DNA of 64,000 nucleotides. Source: an uncultured Thermoplasmata archaeon. Lineage in GTDB: Archaea > Thermoplasmatota > Thermoplasmata > RBG-16-68-12. Position 1 is the first letter of the stretch, and every line of letters starts with the position of its first letter. The translations under genes and the position numbers were made by a program. The stretch is from the NCBI GenBank assembly GCA_963768855.1, contig CAVYJM010000021.1, positions 47,710 to 111,709 on the forward strand. The letters run 5' to 3'. The notes beneath the pieces were generated by a model. The model saw nothing but the letters and a program-made list of their open reading frames with translations, was not told where the DNA came from and did no database searches. Positions 9,674 through 18,861 of this stretch are shown piece after piece.

Positions 9674-9689
9674 TTTCGGTGCACCGAAA
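9674..9689. promoter_or_regulatory. Perfect 16-bp palindrome, probable transcription-factor operator for the Rieske oxygenase gene
   Basis: TTTCGGTGCACCGAAA is its own reverse complement and lies immediately upstream of a minus-strand TATA-like TTAATTTTA (9660-9668) serving the ATG at 9634. Confidence 0.6.
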
Positions 9690-9758
9690 TCGGGCGAAAC
9701 GCTCCATGTCCCTCATCGAGCGTTGTCTTTTCGCCAACGCACGAACGTCAGGGGAGGA

Positions 9759-9863
9759 CTACCTTTTTCCGCCGGGGCGGGACCTTCGTCCTTTTCGACC
9801 GCCGTGCCGGAAACGCTTCTCCTTGGGGCGCGCGTCCTTCGGAGGACGCTCCTTGCGTTTCAT
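9759..9863 (-). CDS. Possible 34-aa highly basic small protein
   Basis: Hand translation MKRKERPPKDARPKEKRFRHGGRKGRRSRPGGKR*; fills an otherwise empty intergenic gap; no SD seen. Confidence 0.25.
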   Translation of the reverse strand: MKRKERPPKDARPKEKRFRHGGRKGRRSRPGGKR

Positions 9864-9898
9864 GCGGAGGAGACTACCGCGAGACTAGATGAACCCGC

Positions 9899-10270
9899 TC
9901 ACGCAGTCCGGGTCGGCTCACTGGGTTGGGCTGGGTTCTTGTGGTGGAGACGCTCAACCTCGTGGACCACGACTTCGAACTCCTTCTTCGCCTCCATCTC
10001 GGCCAGCACGGTGATCATGCGCAGCCACATCGCAGGGTAGGCGACGAGCCACACCGCGGAGGCGACCAGGATCGTGAGGACCGAGCTCGGCAGCAGGTTC
10101 CCGAGGCCGACGTAGCCGAGCGCGCTGTGCAGCACGACCTGGGTCGCGATGCTCGATGCGGCGAGGAACGCGAGCAGTCGGAGCCGCTTCACCCACCGGT
10201 CATGCATCGTCGTCTGGGCGACGCGGAAGAGGTCGTGGTACCAGTCCACCATCCGTCGGGCCAGGGCCAT
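9899..10270 (-). CDS. Hypothetical membrane protein (~123 aa, 2 TM)
   Basis: MALARRMVDWYHDLFR... with two hydrophobic stretches; fills the gap before the divergent GNAT gene. Confidence 0.55.
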   Translation of the reverse strand: MALARRMVDWYHDLFRVAQTTMHDRWVKRLRLLAFLAASSIATQVVLHSALGYVGLGNLLPSSVLTILVASAVWLVAYPAMWLRMITVLAEMEAKKEFEVVVHEVERLHHKNPAQPSEPTRTA

Positions 10271-10411
10271 GCCCTGCGCTACCCTTCCTCCGTAATAAAG
10301 CGTTCCAGTCGGATATCGTCTGCCGCCTGTTCGTCGACCCGAGGCGGTCCGGCTATTTCGTGCTTGTTCGGATGAAAGCCCATATGGCGGAGAGCCGTTC
10401 TCGGTCCGCCC

Positions 10412-11005
10412 ATGGACCCGCGCCGGCGTTCCGCACCGCCCTCGTTCCCCGTCCTCGAGACGGAGCGCCTCGTTCTCCGGGAGATCACCCCGGACGACGC
10501 GGGGTTCTGGCTCCGCAACTTCTCGGATCCCACGGTCGTGGAGCTGACCGCCTACGAGCCTCCCGCCGATCTCGAGGCGGCTAAGGCGGAGCTCATCCAG
10601 TACGGCGTCTGGCCGTTCGAGCAGGGCACGGGAATCCGGTGGGGCATCGCCCTCCGACCCTCCCCGGACCTCATCGGCACGCTCGGGTACCACCAGTGGA
10701 TGAAGGAGGGGGGTAACCATGCCCGGATCGGATACGACCTGCTCCCGGATTTCCGCCGCCGGGGCATCATGACCGAGGCGATGGAAGTGATCCTGGCTTA
10801 CGGGTTCGGGGCGATGAAGTTGAATCGCGCGGAGGTCCTCATCGATCCCGTGAACACGGCATCGATCCGACTCGTTGAGCGCCTGGGGTTCCACCGAGAC
10901 GGCGTGCTGCGCGAGAACACGTACTTCCGTGGCCGTTTCGTCGACGATGCGGTCTACTCCCTCCTCGCGCGGGAGTGGCGGTCGAGGCCCGACGCCAAGC
11001 GTTAA
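10412..11005 (+). CDS. RimJ/RimL-family GNAT N-acetyltransferase
   Basis: FPVLETERLVLR, IGYDLLPDFRRRGIMTEA, NTASIRLVERLGF. Confidence 0.9.
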   Translation: MDPRRRSAPPSFPVLETERLVLREITPDDAGFWLRNFSDPTVVELTAYEPPADLEAAKAELIQYGVWPFEQGTGIRWGIALRPSPDLIGTLGYHQWMKEGGNHARIGYDLLPDFRRRGIMTEAMEVILAYGFGAMKLNRAEVLIDPVNTASIRLVERLGFHRDGVLRENTYFRGRFVDDAVYSLLAREWRSRPDAKR

Positions 11006-11030
11006 GCTCGCCTCCCCCTGTCGCGGCCCG

Positions 11031-11600
11031 ATGGAGTTCGACCCGACGATCTCCGTCTCCGAGGACCCCGGGGTCTACCGCCCCGCAGAGGACTCGCTCC
11101 TCCTGCTCCGGGCCATCTCCCTCACTCCCGGCGAACGCTTCCTCGAGGTCGGCACGGGGAGCGGGCTCATCGCGTTGCATGCGGCGCGCCGCGGCCCGGC
11201 CGTGGCGACGGACGCGAACTCCGAGGCGGTCCGTCTCGCGCGGTCCAACGCCCGCCAGAACGGCCTCCCCCTCGAGGTCGTGCGGACGAACCTCATGGAG
11301 GGCATCCGCGGTCCCTTCGATGTAATCGCGTTCAACCCGCCCTACCTGGAAGGTGCGCCCGCGGATGACCTCGATCGATCCTGGGCCGGCGGTCACCAGG
11401 GGTCGGCCGTCTCCGTGCGGTTCCTCGCGGACCTCGACCGCCTCCTGGCTCGGGGAGGGCGCGCCTATGTTCTCCTGAGCCGGATGAACGAGGCCGCGAG
11501 GCGAGCCGCTGAACGGTTCCAGGTCCGTGTGGTATCCTCGCAGAAGCTCTTCTTCGAGGAGCTCGATGTGCTGGAGCTCAAGCCCCGAGATCCTTCATGA
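11031..11600 (+). CDS. HemK2/MTQ2-like SAM-dependent (N5-glutamine) methyltransferase
   Basis: VYRPAEDSLLL, FLEVGTGSG, FNPPYL, WAGG: archaeal HemK-related family pattern. Confidence 0.88.
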   Translation: MEFDPTISVSEDPGVYRPAEDSLLLLRAISLTPGERFLEVGTGSGLIALHAARRGPAVATDANSEAVRLARSNARQNGLPLEVVRTNLMEGIRGPFDVIAFNPPYLEGAPADDLDRSWAGGHQGSAVSVRFLADLDRLLARGGRAYVLLSRMNEAARRAAERFQVRVVSSQKLFFEELDVLELKPRDPS

Positions 11601-12831
11601 GTCTCCCGGATTTCCAGATCATCCGGACGTTCTCGGGCTTCGTCAGGACCGCGAGGTCCTGTGCGGGGTTCTTCGCGATGACGAGGATGTCCGCGTCGTA
11701 GCCCTCCTTGAGCTGTCCGGATTTCGGTGCCTGCGGGCCGAGGGTCAGCGGCCCCGTCGCGGTGGCGGCCTCGATGGCCTGCAGCGGTTTCATCCCCGCC
11801 TCCTGGAGGTTCGTCAGCTCGAAGGCGTTCTGGCCCCAGTCCGCATAGCCCGTGACGCCCGTCGTGATGATGTCCGTCCCCGCGGCGATCCGCACTCCCT
11901 TCCGGACCGCGAGCCGAAGCGCCTCCTCATGGCGTCCGACCACCGGGACGATTTTCCGGAGGATGTACTCGGGCGAGCCCATCGCCGCAGCGGACTTCGC
12001 GAGTCGGTCGATGATGAACCGCGTCGGCACGAGGATCGCCTTCTTCTGCAGAAGGAGGTCCGCGGCCTCCTCGTCCAGGTACGTCCCGTGCTCGATCGTC
12101 CTGCAGCCCGCCTCGAGGGCCGCCATGATGCCCGGCTTGCCGTGGCAGTGCGCGGCGACGATCCGCTCCGCGCGGCCCGCCTCCTCGACGATCGCGCGGA
12201 GCTCCTCCATCGAGAATTCCTGGTGGATCGGATGGTCCACCTCGCTCGCGACGCCGCCCGAGGCGCAGATCTTGATCACTCGCGCGTTGAGGCGCAGCAT
12301 GGACCGGACGGCCTTCAGGCACTCCGGCACGCCGTCGCACAGAGCGCTCATCATCGTGCGCTCGAGCACCTCCGTCGTGAAAGGAAGGGGCAGTGCGTGG
12401 AGGTCCCCGTGGCCTCCCGTCGGGCTGATCATCCCGCCCGCGGCGTAGACGTGAGGTCCCGGGATGCTCCCCTCGTCGATGGCCCGCGCGAGGTAGATGC
12501 CGAGCCCCGCGACCTCCCGTACGCTCGTGAATCCGGCCTGGAGGCACCGCCCCGCGTCGGCCGCGGCCCGGGCGGCGAGCACGGCGACCGGGGTGCGGGC
12601 GCCTTCCTCGACGTTCGTGGTCTTGAGCCCCATGAAGTGCCCGTGGCAGTCCCACATCCCCGGCATGACCGCAGGGACGCGGCGGGTCTTCGCGTCGGTG
12701 GGGGCCTTGGGGGCGCCCTCGATCGGGCCCGCATAGGTGATTGTGGTCCCCTCGAACACAACGCAGCCGTTCTTCACGACCTCCCCGCGGCCGGGGATCA
12801 GCACATCGGCCTCGATCCGCTCCAGACTCAT
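11578..12831 (-). CDS. Metal-dependent amidohydrolase (Xaa-Pro dipeptidase / Sgx9260-like)
   Basis: MPGMWDCHGH (HxH), AGFTSVRE, GHGD, IKICASGGV, AAHCHG, TIEHG, AAGTD, GYDADIL. Confidence 0.9.
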   Translation of the reverse strand: MSLERIEADVLIPGRGEVVKNGCVVFEGTTITYAGPIEGAPKAPTDAKTRRVPAVMPGMWDCHGHFMGLKTTNVEEGARTPVAVLAARAAADAGRCLQAGFTSVREVAGLGIYLARAIDEGSIPGPHVYAAGGMISPTGGHGDLHALPLPFTTEVLERTMMSALCDGVPECLKAVRSMLRLNARVIKICASGGVASEVDHPIHQEFSMEELRAIVEEAGRAERIVAAHCHGKPGIMAALEAGCRTIEHGTYLDEEAADLLLQKKAILVPTRFIIDRLAKSAAAMGSPEYILRKIVPVVGRHEEALRLAVRKGVRIAAGTDIITTGVTGYADWGQNAFELTNLQEAGMKPLQAIEAATATGPLTLGPQAPKSGQLKEGYDADILVIAKNPAQDLAVLTKPENVRMIWKSGRLMKDLGA

Positions 12832-12835
12832 TCCT

Positions 12836-12859
12836 CCCCCGCGGGGGAAACCGCGGGGG
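12836..12859 (-). promoter_or_regulatory. GC-rich inverted repeat overlapping the SD of the amidohydrolase gene
   Basis: Plus strand CCCCCGCGG-GGGAAA-CCGCGGGGG (9-bp perfect arms). On the minus strand the right arm runs straight into GGGGGAGGA-ATG. Confidence 0.4.
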
Positions 12860-12890
12860 TCAATAAGAATTCGCTGAATCCACGCGGACC

Positions 12891-13460
12891 TCAGGATTCG
12901 TCGGCCTGTTGCTGCTCCGCGACCAGGTCCGCGATGGTCGGGTGGCCTACCCCGCCTCCGAGGGACTCGATGCGGTCCCCCGCGCCGACCTCACCCTCTT
13001 CGAGGACCCGCAGGTAGAACCCGGTGCGTCCGCTCGCGAGGAAGCGGTCGATGAGGTCCTCCCGCCCGAACTTGATGCCGAGCTTGTAGCAGGGGAACCG
13101 CGGCTTCGTGACCGCGAGGAGCGCAGACCCGATGCGGTACGTGTCCCCCACCCGGACCGCCGCCTCGGAGAGACCGGAGACGGTCAGGTTCTCCCCGAAC
13201 GCGCCCCAGGGGAGCGGCGTCTCGGGCAGCTCGGCCTCCCAGAACGCGTAGTGCTCGCTCGGGTAGAGGTAGACCGCCTTGAGTGGGCCGCCATGGACCG
13301 CGAGATCAGCCTGTTCGTCGCCCTCGAGGCCGAGGGCCCGGACACGCACCCTCCGGGACACGGGCTCCTTGAAGATCCCCGTCCGGACGCTCCGTCCCTT
13401 CCACGGGACGGTTCGGCCGAGCGCGACGTTCACGGACAGGACTCGCCCTGCCTCGCTCAC
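12891..13460 (-). CDS. MOSC-domain protein (YiiM-like)
   Basis: VLSVNV, TGIFKEPV, GLEGDEQAD, HGGPLKAV, GAFGENLT, VTKPRFPCYKL, GRTGFYLRVLEEG; GTG start overlaps the upstream stop. Confidence 0.9.
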   Translation of the reverse strand: MSEAGRVLSVNVALGRTVPWKGRSVRTGIFKEPVSRRVRVRALGLEGDEQADLAVHGGPLKAVYLYPSEHYAFWEAELPETPLPWGAFGENLTVSGLSEAAVRVGDTYRIGSALLAVTKPRFPCYKLGIKFGREDLIDRFLASGRTGFYLRVLEEGEVGAGDRIESLGGGVGHPTIADLVAEQQQADES

Positions 13461-14431
13461 CGACCCAGCACCTTCTGGTCGAACGTGAACTTCGGGGAGC
13501 GGCCCCGGTCGTTCGCGAGATACCAGGCGTACGCCTCCGCGAGGCCCTTGGTCGGATCGGTGGGCTGGAAGCCCAGGCTCCGCTGCGCCTTTTCGATGCT
13601 GACGCGGAAGTCGACCTCCGCATCGAGGGTGGCGCCGAAGTACATCGAGGCCCCGATCGCGGTGCCGCCCGCCGCGCGGATCTTCTCGCGGGGCACGAAC
13701 ACCTTCTCGACGGGTCTCCCTGCCACGCGCGCGAGGAGGTCGATGAACTCGGCGTGGGTCACCGGTTCGGCGTCCGCGATATTGAACGCCTGCCCCTTGC
13801 CCGCGGGATTCTCGAGGCACTCGGCGAGCGCCCAGGCGACGTCCTTCGCGGCGGCCCAGTGGAAGAGGGTTCGCCCGCCGTCGGGTATGATCACGGGCCG
13901 TCCAGCCACGATGCGGTCCCAGAACCACGCCTCGCGCGGGATGTTGTTCCAGGGTCCATAGACGAAGGGCGGGCGGATCACGGACACGTCGAAGCGCCCG
14001 CCGCGGTGCGCGTCGAAGAGATAGTCCTCCGCGGCGATCTTGTCCTCGCTGTACGAACCGAGGGAGGGATCCCGTGGCCCGTCCTCGGTGAAGGGCAACG
14101 GGCCATCTCGGTACACGGACACGGAGCTGAGGTAGACGTACTTCCTCGTCGTGCCCTCGAGCGCGTCCGCGACGTAGCCGATCTCCCGGGCGCCCGTCCC
14201 GGAGTCCCAGGCGTACGCGACGTCCACGACGCCATCGTAGCGAGTCCCGTGCAGCGCGTGCGAGACGGAGGATACGTCGAGGCGATCTCCGAGGACTTCC
14301 GTCACCTGATCGCCGAACGGGCTGGGTGTCTTCCCGCGATGGAAGACCGTGACCTGATGGCCGCGTGCGAGGAGTTCCTGGACCGTGTGGCGACCGATGA
14401 ACCGCGTGCCCCCAATGACCAGGACCCGCAT
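13457..14431 (-). CDS. NAD-dependent epimerase/dehydratase family protein (extended/atypical SDR)
   Basis: MRVLVIGGTRFIG, YVYLSSVSVY, YxxxK (YSEDK), RPPFVYGP. Confidence 0.88.
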   Translation of the reverse strand: MRVLVIGGTRFIGRHTVQELLARGHQVTVFHRGKTPSPFGDQVTEVLGDRLDVSSVSHALHGTRYDGVVDVAYAWDSGTGAREIGYVADALEGTTRKYVYLSSVSVYRDGPLPFTEDGPRDPSLGSYSEDKIAAEDYLFDAHRGGRFDVSVIRPPFVYGPWNNIPREAWFWDRIVAGRPVIIPDGGRTLFHWAAAKDVAWALAECLENPAGKGQAFNIADAEPVTHAEFIDLLARVAGRPVEKVFVPREKIRAAGGTAIGASMYFGATLDAEVDFRVSIEKAQRSLGFQPTDPTKGLAEAYAWYLANDRGRSPKFTFDQKVLGR

Positions 14432-14472
14432 CGGCGATGGCAGACCGCGCGTCGCACATCAAGCTTCGTTGT

Positions 14473-14862
14473 TCAGGTCCGGATGGCGGCGGATCGGGCG
14501 GGCCGTCGCCCGGCTCGCGCGGAGCGGAGCAGTCGCTTCACCGCGTCGACCTCCCTGTCCGCCGTCACCAAGGACACCATGCGCTCACACGTGATCGTGC
14601 TGTCCTCGTCACAGACGATGGAGTACCCGCGGGCGCTCAGCTGGGCGAGGTGCTCGCTGTGGTCCGCGAGCCGCTGCGGGCTCACGGAGGGTCGCTCGGG
14701 GAAAGGATCCAGGACGACCTCGATGAAGACGGCCGGTTTCCGGGCGGGAACCGTCCGCGCTCCCAGCCCAATCCGGAATCCCGGCCCCCGCGCCACCGAG
14801 GCGTACGCCTCGCCTTCGTCCGAATGCCGCGCCCGCTCCAGGAGCGACTTAGCGTTCACCAT
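14473..14862 (-). CDS. Hypothetical protein (129 aa)
   Basis: ATG start, co-oriented in the minus-strand gene run, globular composition; no family recognised. Confidence 0.55.
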   Translation of the reverse strand: MVNAKSLLERARHSDEGEAYASVARGPGFRIGLGARTVPARKPAVFIEVVLDPFPERPSVSPQRLADHSEHLAQLSARGYSIVCDEDSTITCERMVSLVTADREVDAVKRLLRSARAGRRPARSAAIRT

Positions 14863-14889
14863 GGGATGCGCCTCCAGGGGATGTCGCGC

Positions 14890-16059
14890 TCAGTCCTTCC
14901 CGAATCTTCGGAACAGGAGGATGCCCACGGCGAGGATGACGGTGCTCGCAAGGCTCACCATGGCGAGGTCGCCGAGGACCACGGCGTTCGACGCAGGCAC
15001 GCCGCGGAGGAACAGGTTCGTGAGCGCGTCCGTCACGTAGTACGCGGGAACGAACCGACCCGCGGTCGCCGTGACCGTCGAGGGCGCCATCCCGGACACG
15101 AAGGTCCCGAGGAACATCTGCGGGATGATGAACAGGAAGGCGATGCCCGTGGCGGCCGAGGAGGACTTCGCGAGCGTCGCCGTGATCAGGCCGAAGCCCA
15201 CGCACGCCACTGCAAGGACCGACACGAGGAGGAAGGCCATCGCGAGTCCCGCGACGTCCGTGCTCGGGCGGTAGCCGATCGCGAAAGCCACCGCAAAGAC
15301 CAGTCCGACCTGGGCGACGCCAAGAACCATGTTCGACAGCACCTGGGAGGTCATGAACTCGGAGGGCGTCAGCGGAGTCGTGTTCAGTCGGCGGAGGCGC
15401 CCGTCCTCGCGGTCCGCGGAGAACGATCCGCCGACCGTCATTGTGATGAAGATGGCGCCGTAGGCGAAGACTCCGGGCACGAGGTAGTCGAAGGCGGCGC
15501 GGCGCGCGACGGCCACCAGGGCGGGGCTGCCGATCGTGATCGGCAGGGAGGCCGAGGCGCTCACGGTCCCTTCCAGGGTCCGCGCGAGGGCTTGGGCGAC
15601 GATGGGCGGGATCGCCTGCGTCGCGACCATGGAGCCCTGATCCACGTAGAGCGCGAGGCTCGTGTAGATCCACGTGCTCGTGTTCCCCGGTGCGGCGCGG
15701 TACGCGTCCGCACTTGCGCCAAATTCCGCGGGGATGACCAAGACGGCCTGCAGGTTCCCGACCTGGAGGTCCGCCTGGGCCGTGTCGTTGGCCGCATACG
15801 CACGGGTCTGGAGGATCTGGGTCGCGGTCAGGTTCGCGACCAAGGCCGTGGACCAGTGCGCCGAAGGACCGGCGGCGTTCAGGTCGACGATCCCCACCTG
15901 GTACGTGGTCGCACCGCTCCCGCCGATGCCGCCGAACGTGACGCCGAAGACGATCGTGAGCATCACGGGGAACAGGAGGATGATGAAGAGCGAGGCCGGC
16001 TCGCGCACGGTGTGCTTGAGATCCTTTCGGACGAGGGCGAAGACTCGCTGGCGGTTCAT
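14890..16059 (-). CDS. ABC-2 type exporter permease
   Basis: N-terminal TM, large extracytoplasmic loop, then LVPG...EREDGRLRRLNTTP and several TMs. Confidence 0.9.
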   Translation of the reverse strand: MNRQRVFALVRKDLKHTVREPASLFIILLFPVMLTIVFGVTFGGIGGSGATTYQVGIVDLNAAGPSAHWSTALVANLTATQILQTRAYAANDTAQADLQVGNLQAVLVIPAEFGASADAYRAAPGNTSTWIYTSLALYVDQGSMVATQAIPPIVAQALARTLEGTVSASASLPITIGSPALVAVARRAAFDYLVPGVFAYGAIFITMTVGGSFSADREDGRLRRLNTTPLTPSEFMTSQVLSNMVLGVAQVGLVFAVAFAIGYRPSTDVAGLAMAFLLVSVLAVACVGFGLITATLAKSSSAATGIAFLFIIPQMFLGTFVSGMAPSTVTATAGRFVPAYYVTDALTNLFLRGVPASNAVVLGDLAMVSLASTVILAVGILLFRRFGKD

Positions 16060-16060
16060 C

Positions 16061-16807
16061 TCACATCCCCTCCCGGATCCGGCGGCCCGTGAGCTTGAGG
16101 AAGACCTCCTCGAGATCCTTCGCGCCGTTCTGCTCCCGCAACTCGGCGGGCGTCCCGAGGGCGATGAGCTTCCCGTGGTCGATGATCGCGACGCGGTCGC
16201 ACAGGGCCTCGGCCTCCTCCATGTAGTGGGTCGTGAGGACGACGGTCCGCCGCCGCTCTTTGAGGCCGCGGATGAACTCCCAGACCGCGTGACGCGACTG
16301 GGGATCCAGGCCCGTCGTGGGCTCGTCGAGGAACGCGATCTGGGGGTCTCCGATGAGGGCGGTCGCCAGGCTGATGCGCCGCTTCATTCCGCCGCTGTAG
16401 CCCTTCACCTTCCGGTCCGCCTCCCCGTCGAGCCCCATCTGACCCAGGAGGGCCTCCGCCCGGCGCCGCAGTTCCTCCCGCGGCACGCCGTAGAGGTCGC
16501 CGAAGAGGAGGACGTTCTCGCGTCCAGTCAGGTACGGGAAGATGCTGAAGTCCTGAGGGCAGACTCCGATCATCTCCTTGACCGCGGGGGCTTCCTTCGG
16601 GAGGGGGTGGCCTCCCACGCTCGCGCTCCCCGCGGTGGGCTCCAGGAGTCCGCACAGGATGTTGATCATCGTGCTCTTCCCAGCCCCGTTGGGTCCGAGG
16701 AGGCCGAACAGCTCGCCCTCCGCGATCCGCAGGGTCAGTCCCTGGAGGGCCGCCGTCTCGCCGAACCGCTTCTCGAGGCCTTGAACCTCGATTGCCGCAC
16801 CGGACAT
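16061..16807 (-). CDS. ABC exporter ATP-binding protein (DrrA-like)
   Basis: GPNGAGKST, YSGGMKRR, FLDEPTTGLD, TTHYMEEAE. Confidence 0.95.
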   Translation of the reverse strand: MSGAAIEVQGLEKRFGETAALQGLTLRIAEGELFGLLGPNGAGKSTMINILCGLLEPTAGSASVGGHPLPKEAPAVKEMIGVCPQDFSIFPYLTGRENVLLFGDLYGVPREELRRRAEALLGQMGLDGEADRKVKGYSGGMKRRISLATALIGDPQIAFLDEPTTGLDPQSRHAVWEFIRGLKERRRTVVLTTHYMEEAEALCDRVAIIDHGKLIALGTPAELREQNGAKDLEEVFLKLTGRRIREGM

Positions 16808-16956
16808 GTTTCGCCTCGTCCGTCGCAAACAATCAGGAGGGGATAGTTGCGCGTTCGTCCCTGCCTCATGAAAGCGGTCTCTTGGACCCGGTCCCGTGTC
16901 CCATGCGTTCGGCGGTCACCGCGGAAAACGGACATCCGCCGGGAGAGAAACCCGCG

Positions 16957-17871
16957 TCAGCCCGATTGTTCCTTCGGCCCCGCCCACTTCATCAGAAGCG
17001 CGTCCCGCCACGTATCGAACAAGTGGCCCGTGTAGAGGACGTTCGGGACCGCCCGCGCGAACGGCTCTTCCTTCTGGATTCGCGCCTGGAGGTCCCGCAG
17101 GTCCTTCATCGAGCCGGTCCAAGTCGCGACGAGAAGAAGGCGCGGGAGGTTGCTCAGGGGCATCGCGAAAAGGAGGTTGCCCCCGTAGCGGTTCCAAAGG
17201 AGCGCGGAGGCCTGCTCCCGATTCGCAGCGGGCCGGAGTTCGAGCTCCCACATGCAGATGATGTCGTTCGCGACATCCGGATACCACTCCATCGAGAGCT
17301 CGGCGGACTGCTCCTGCACCATCCGCTGGAGCCGCCGGCCCACCGTCTTCGTGGAGATGCCCAACTCCTCCGCGACGTCCGCGATGGACTTCCGCGCGTC
17401 CCGGTGCAGGGCGCGGAGAATCCGGCAGTCCAGACGGTCCAGGACGGGCTCCTCCGGCAGGCCGGCTCCCATGGGCAGGAGGCCGATGACCGGATCGGCG
17501 ATTTCGGCCTCCTTCGCGATGAAGGAGACGACGGCATCGAGTTCGGCCGCCGAGCGGAGGTACGCGCCGACGTAGAGGACGCCCGCCCCCGCGACGGTAG
17601 CCCAGTAGATGTGGTCATCCCGCTTCAGGCGCTCCAGGATCGCCTCGGTGGGGGCCCCCCGTGACGTCCCCCAGACCAGGAGGGTGGTTGCCTGCAGCCG
17701 GAAGAGGCCGATCCTCGCCGTGAACGCCTTGATGATCCCTGCGGCCCGCAAGGACTCGATTCGACCGTGGACGGCCGCGACGGAGAGGCCGAGCTTGTCC
17801 CCGAGCTCCCGGACGGGCGTCCGCGAGTTCTGCAGGAGGAGGAGACACAGGGCGAGGTCTGTCTTGTCCAT
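16957..17871 (-). CDS. AsnC/Lrp-family regulator with two winged HTH domains
   Basis: MDKTDLALCLLLLQNSRTPVRELGDKLGLS and a second LDRLDCRILRALHRDARKSIADVAEELGIS; upstream of and co-oriented with the ABC exporter. Confidence 0.85.
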   Translation of the reverse strand: MDKTDLALCLLLLQNSRTPVRELGDKLGLSVAAVHGRIESLRAAGIIKAFTARIGLFRLQATTLLVWGTSRGAPTEAILERLKRDDHIYWATVAGAGVLYVGAYLRSAAELDAVVSFIAKEAEIADPVIGLLPMGAGLPEEPVLDRLDCRILRALHRDARKSIADVAEELGISTKTVGRRLQRMVQEQSAELSMEWYPDVANDIICMWELELRPAANREQASALLWNRYGGNLLFAMPLSNLPRLLLVATWTGSMKDLRDLQARIQKEEPFARAVPNVLYTGHLFDTWRDALLMKWAGPKEQSG

Positions 17872-17947
17872 GTCCGGCCCGCGAACAGTCGGCGGGCGGT
17901 TAAACCTCGCGCCTGGGCTATTCCTCCACGACGGGCGGCCCTCAAGC

Positions 17948-18760
17948 TCACGCGCCGTGCGGTGCCGCCCGCACGAGGGATCGGACGTTCTCCTCCGTGA
18001 CCTGGGAGACCGCCTCGCGGAACCATTCGATCGCCTTGCGGCACATCTCCGCAAGATCCTCGGGGGAGCGCACGAAGGAGAGCCCCTCGAGCCTCTGGAC
18101 GACGTCGGAAGGGAGTTCGAAGTAGACGTACCGCACGCTGTACCCGTGGTGCGCGGGGTAGTGGCGCATCCGCAGCACTTGGGTCAGGGAGTCCAGGACG
18201 ATCCGCTGGTATGCTTCTAGGGCGCCAAGCCAGTTGTGGCGGTGGAGTTCCTTGGACACGAAGGGGCCGAAGAGGGCCATCCGCAGGGCGAGGCGGTCGC
18301 GGCGCTCCAGGACCTTCTTCACGAACCCATCCACGTCGAGGGACGGCATCTTCACCGCATCTCCCTTATTGAAGGAGAAGATCGCGCGTCCATGGAGCTC
18401 CGGCTCCAGGAACTTGTCCGGCGCAGAACGCTTGAGGACCGCCAGGTCCACGAGGAGGTACTCGCTCGTGCGTTCGAGGCGGTAGAAAGCCTGGGCGATC
18501 CCGCTCTCCGCCGGCCATGCGGGCTCGTACTTCCGCCGGATCGGCGAGAGGCTGCCGAGCGCGTCCTCCACGGCCCGGAACGTCGCATCGACCCGGTCGT
18601 CCGCCGCCACGATATACAAGTCGATGTCGGACCATTCATCGAGCCGGTCGAACGCGGCCGCGCCGCCCTCCCACATCGCGTCCACGAAGGGAAGCGGCTC
18701 GAGCGCTGCGACGAGGGCGGAGAGGATTGCTTCGCGGTTCACGGGGTAGGTGTCGGGCAT
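17948..18760 (-). CDS. Pol-beta superfamily nucleotidyltransferase (LinB/Lnu-like)
   Basis: AMWEGGAAAFDRLDEWSDIDLYIV (G-[GS]...DxxSDxD) followed by a helical C-terminal domain. Confidence 0.75.
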   Translation of the reverse strand: MPDTYPVNREAILSALVAALEPLPFVDAMWEGGAAAFDRLDEWSDIDLYIVAADDRVDATFRAVEDALGSLSPIRRKYEPAWPAESGIAQAFYRLERTSEYLLVDLAVLKRSAPDKFLEPELHGRAIFSFNKGDAVKMPSLDVDGFVKKVLERRDRLALRMALFGPFVSKELHRHNWLGALEAYQRIVLDSLTQVLRMRHYPAHHGYSVRYVYFELPSDVVQRLEGLSFVRSPEDLAEMCRKAIEWFREAVSQVTEENVRSLVRAAPHGA

Positions 18761-18861
18761 GGGGTCCCACGGATGCGGGAGCCCCTGGCTCGGGATAAAG
18801 GATGCGAGGGATGTGGCTATATGTCCGCATCCGGCTTCCCGATTCGCGGGAAGGGACCATC

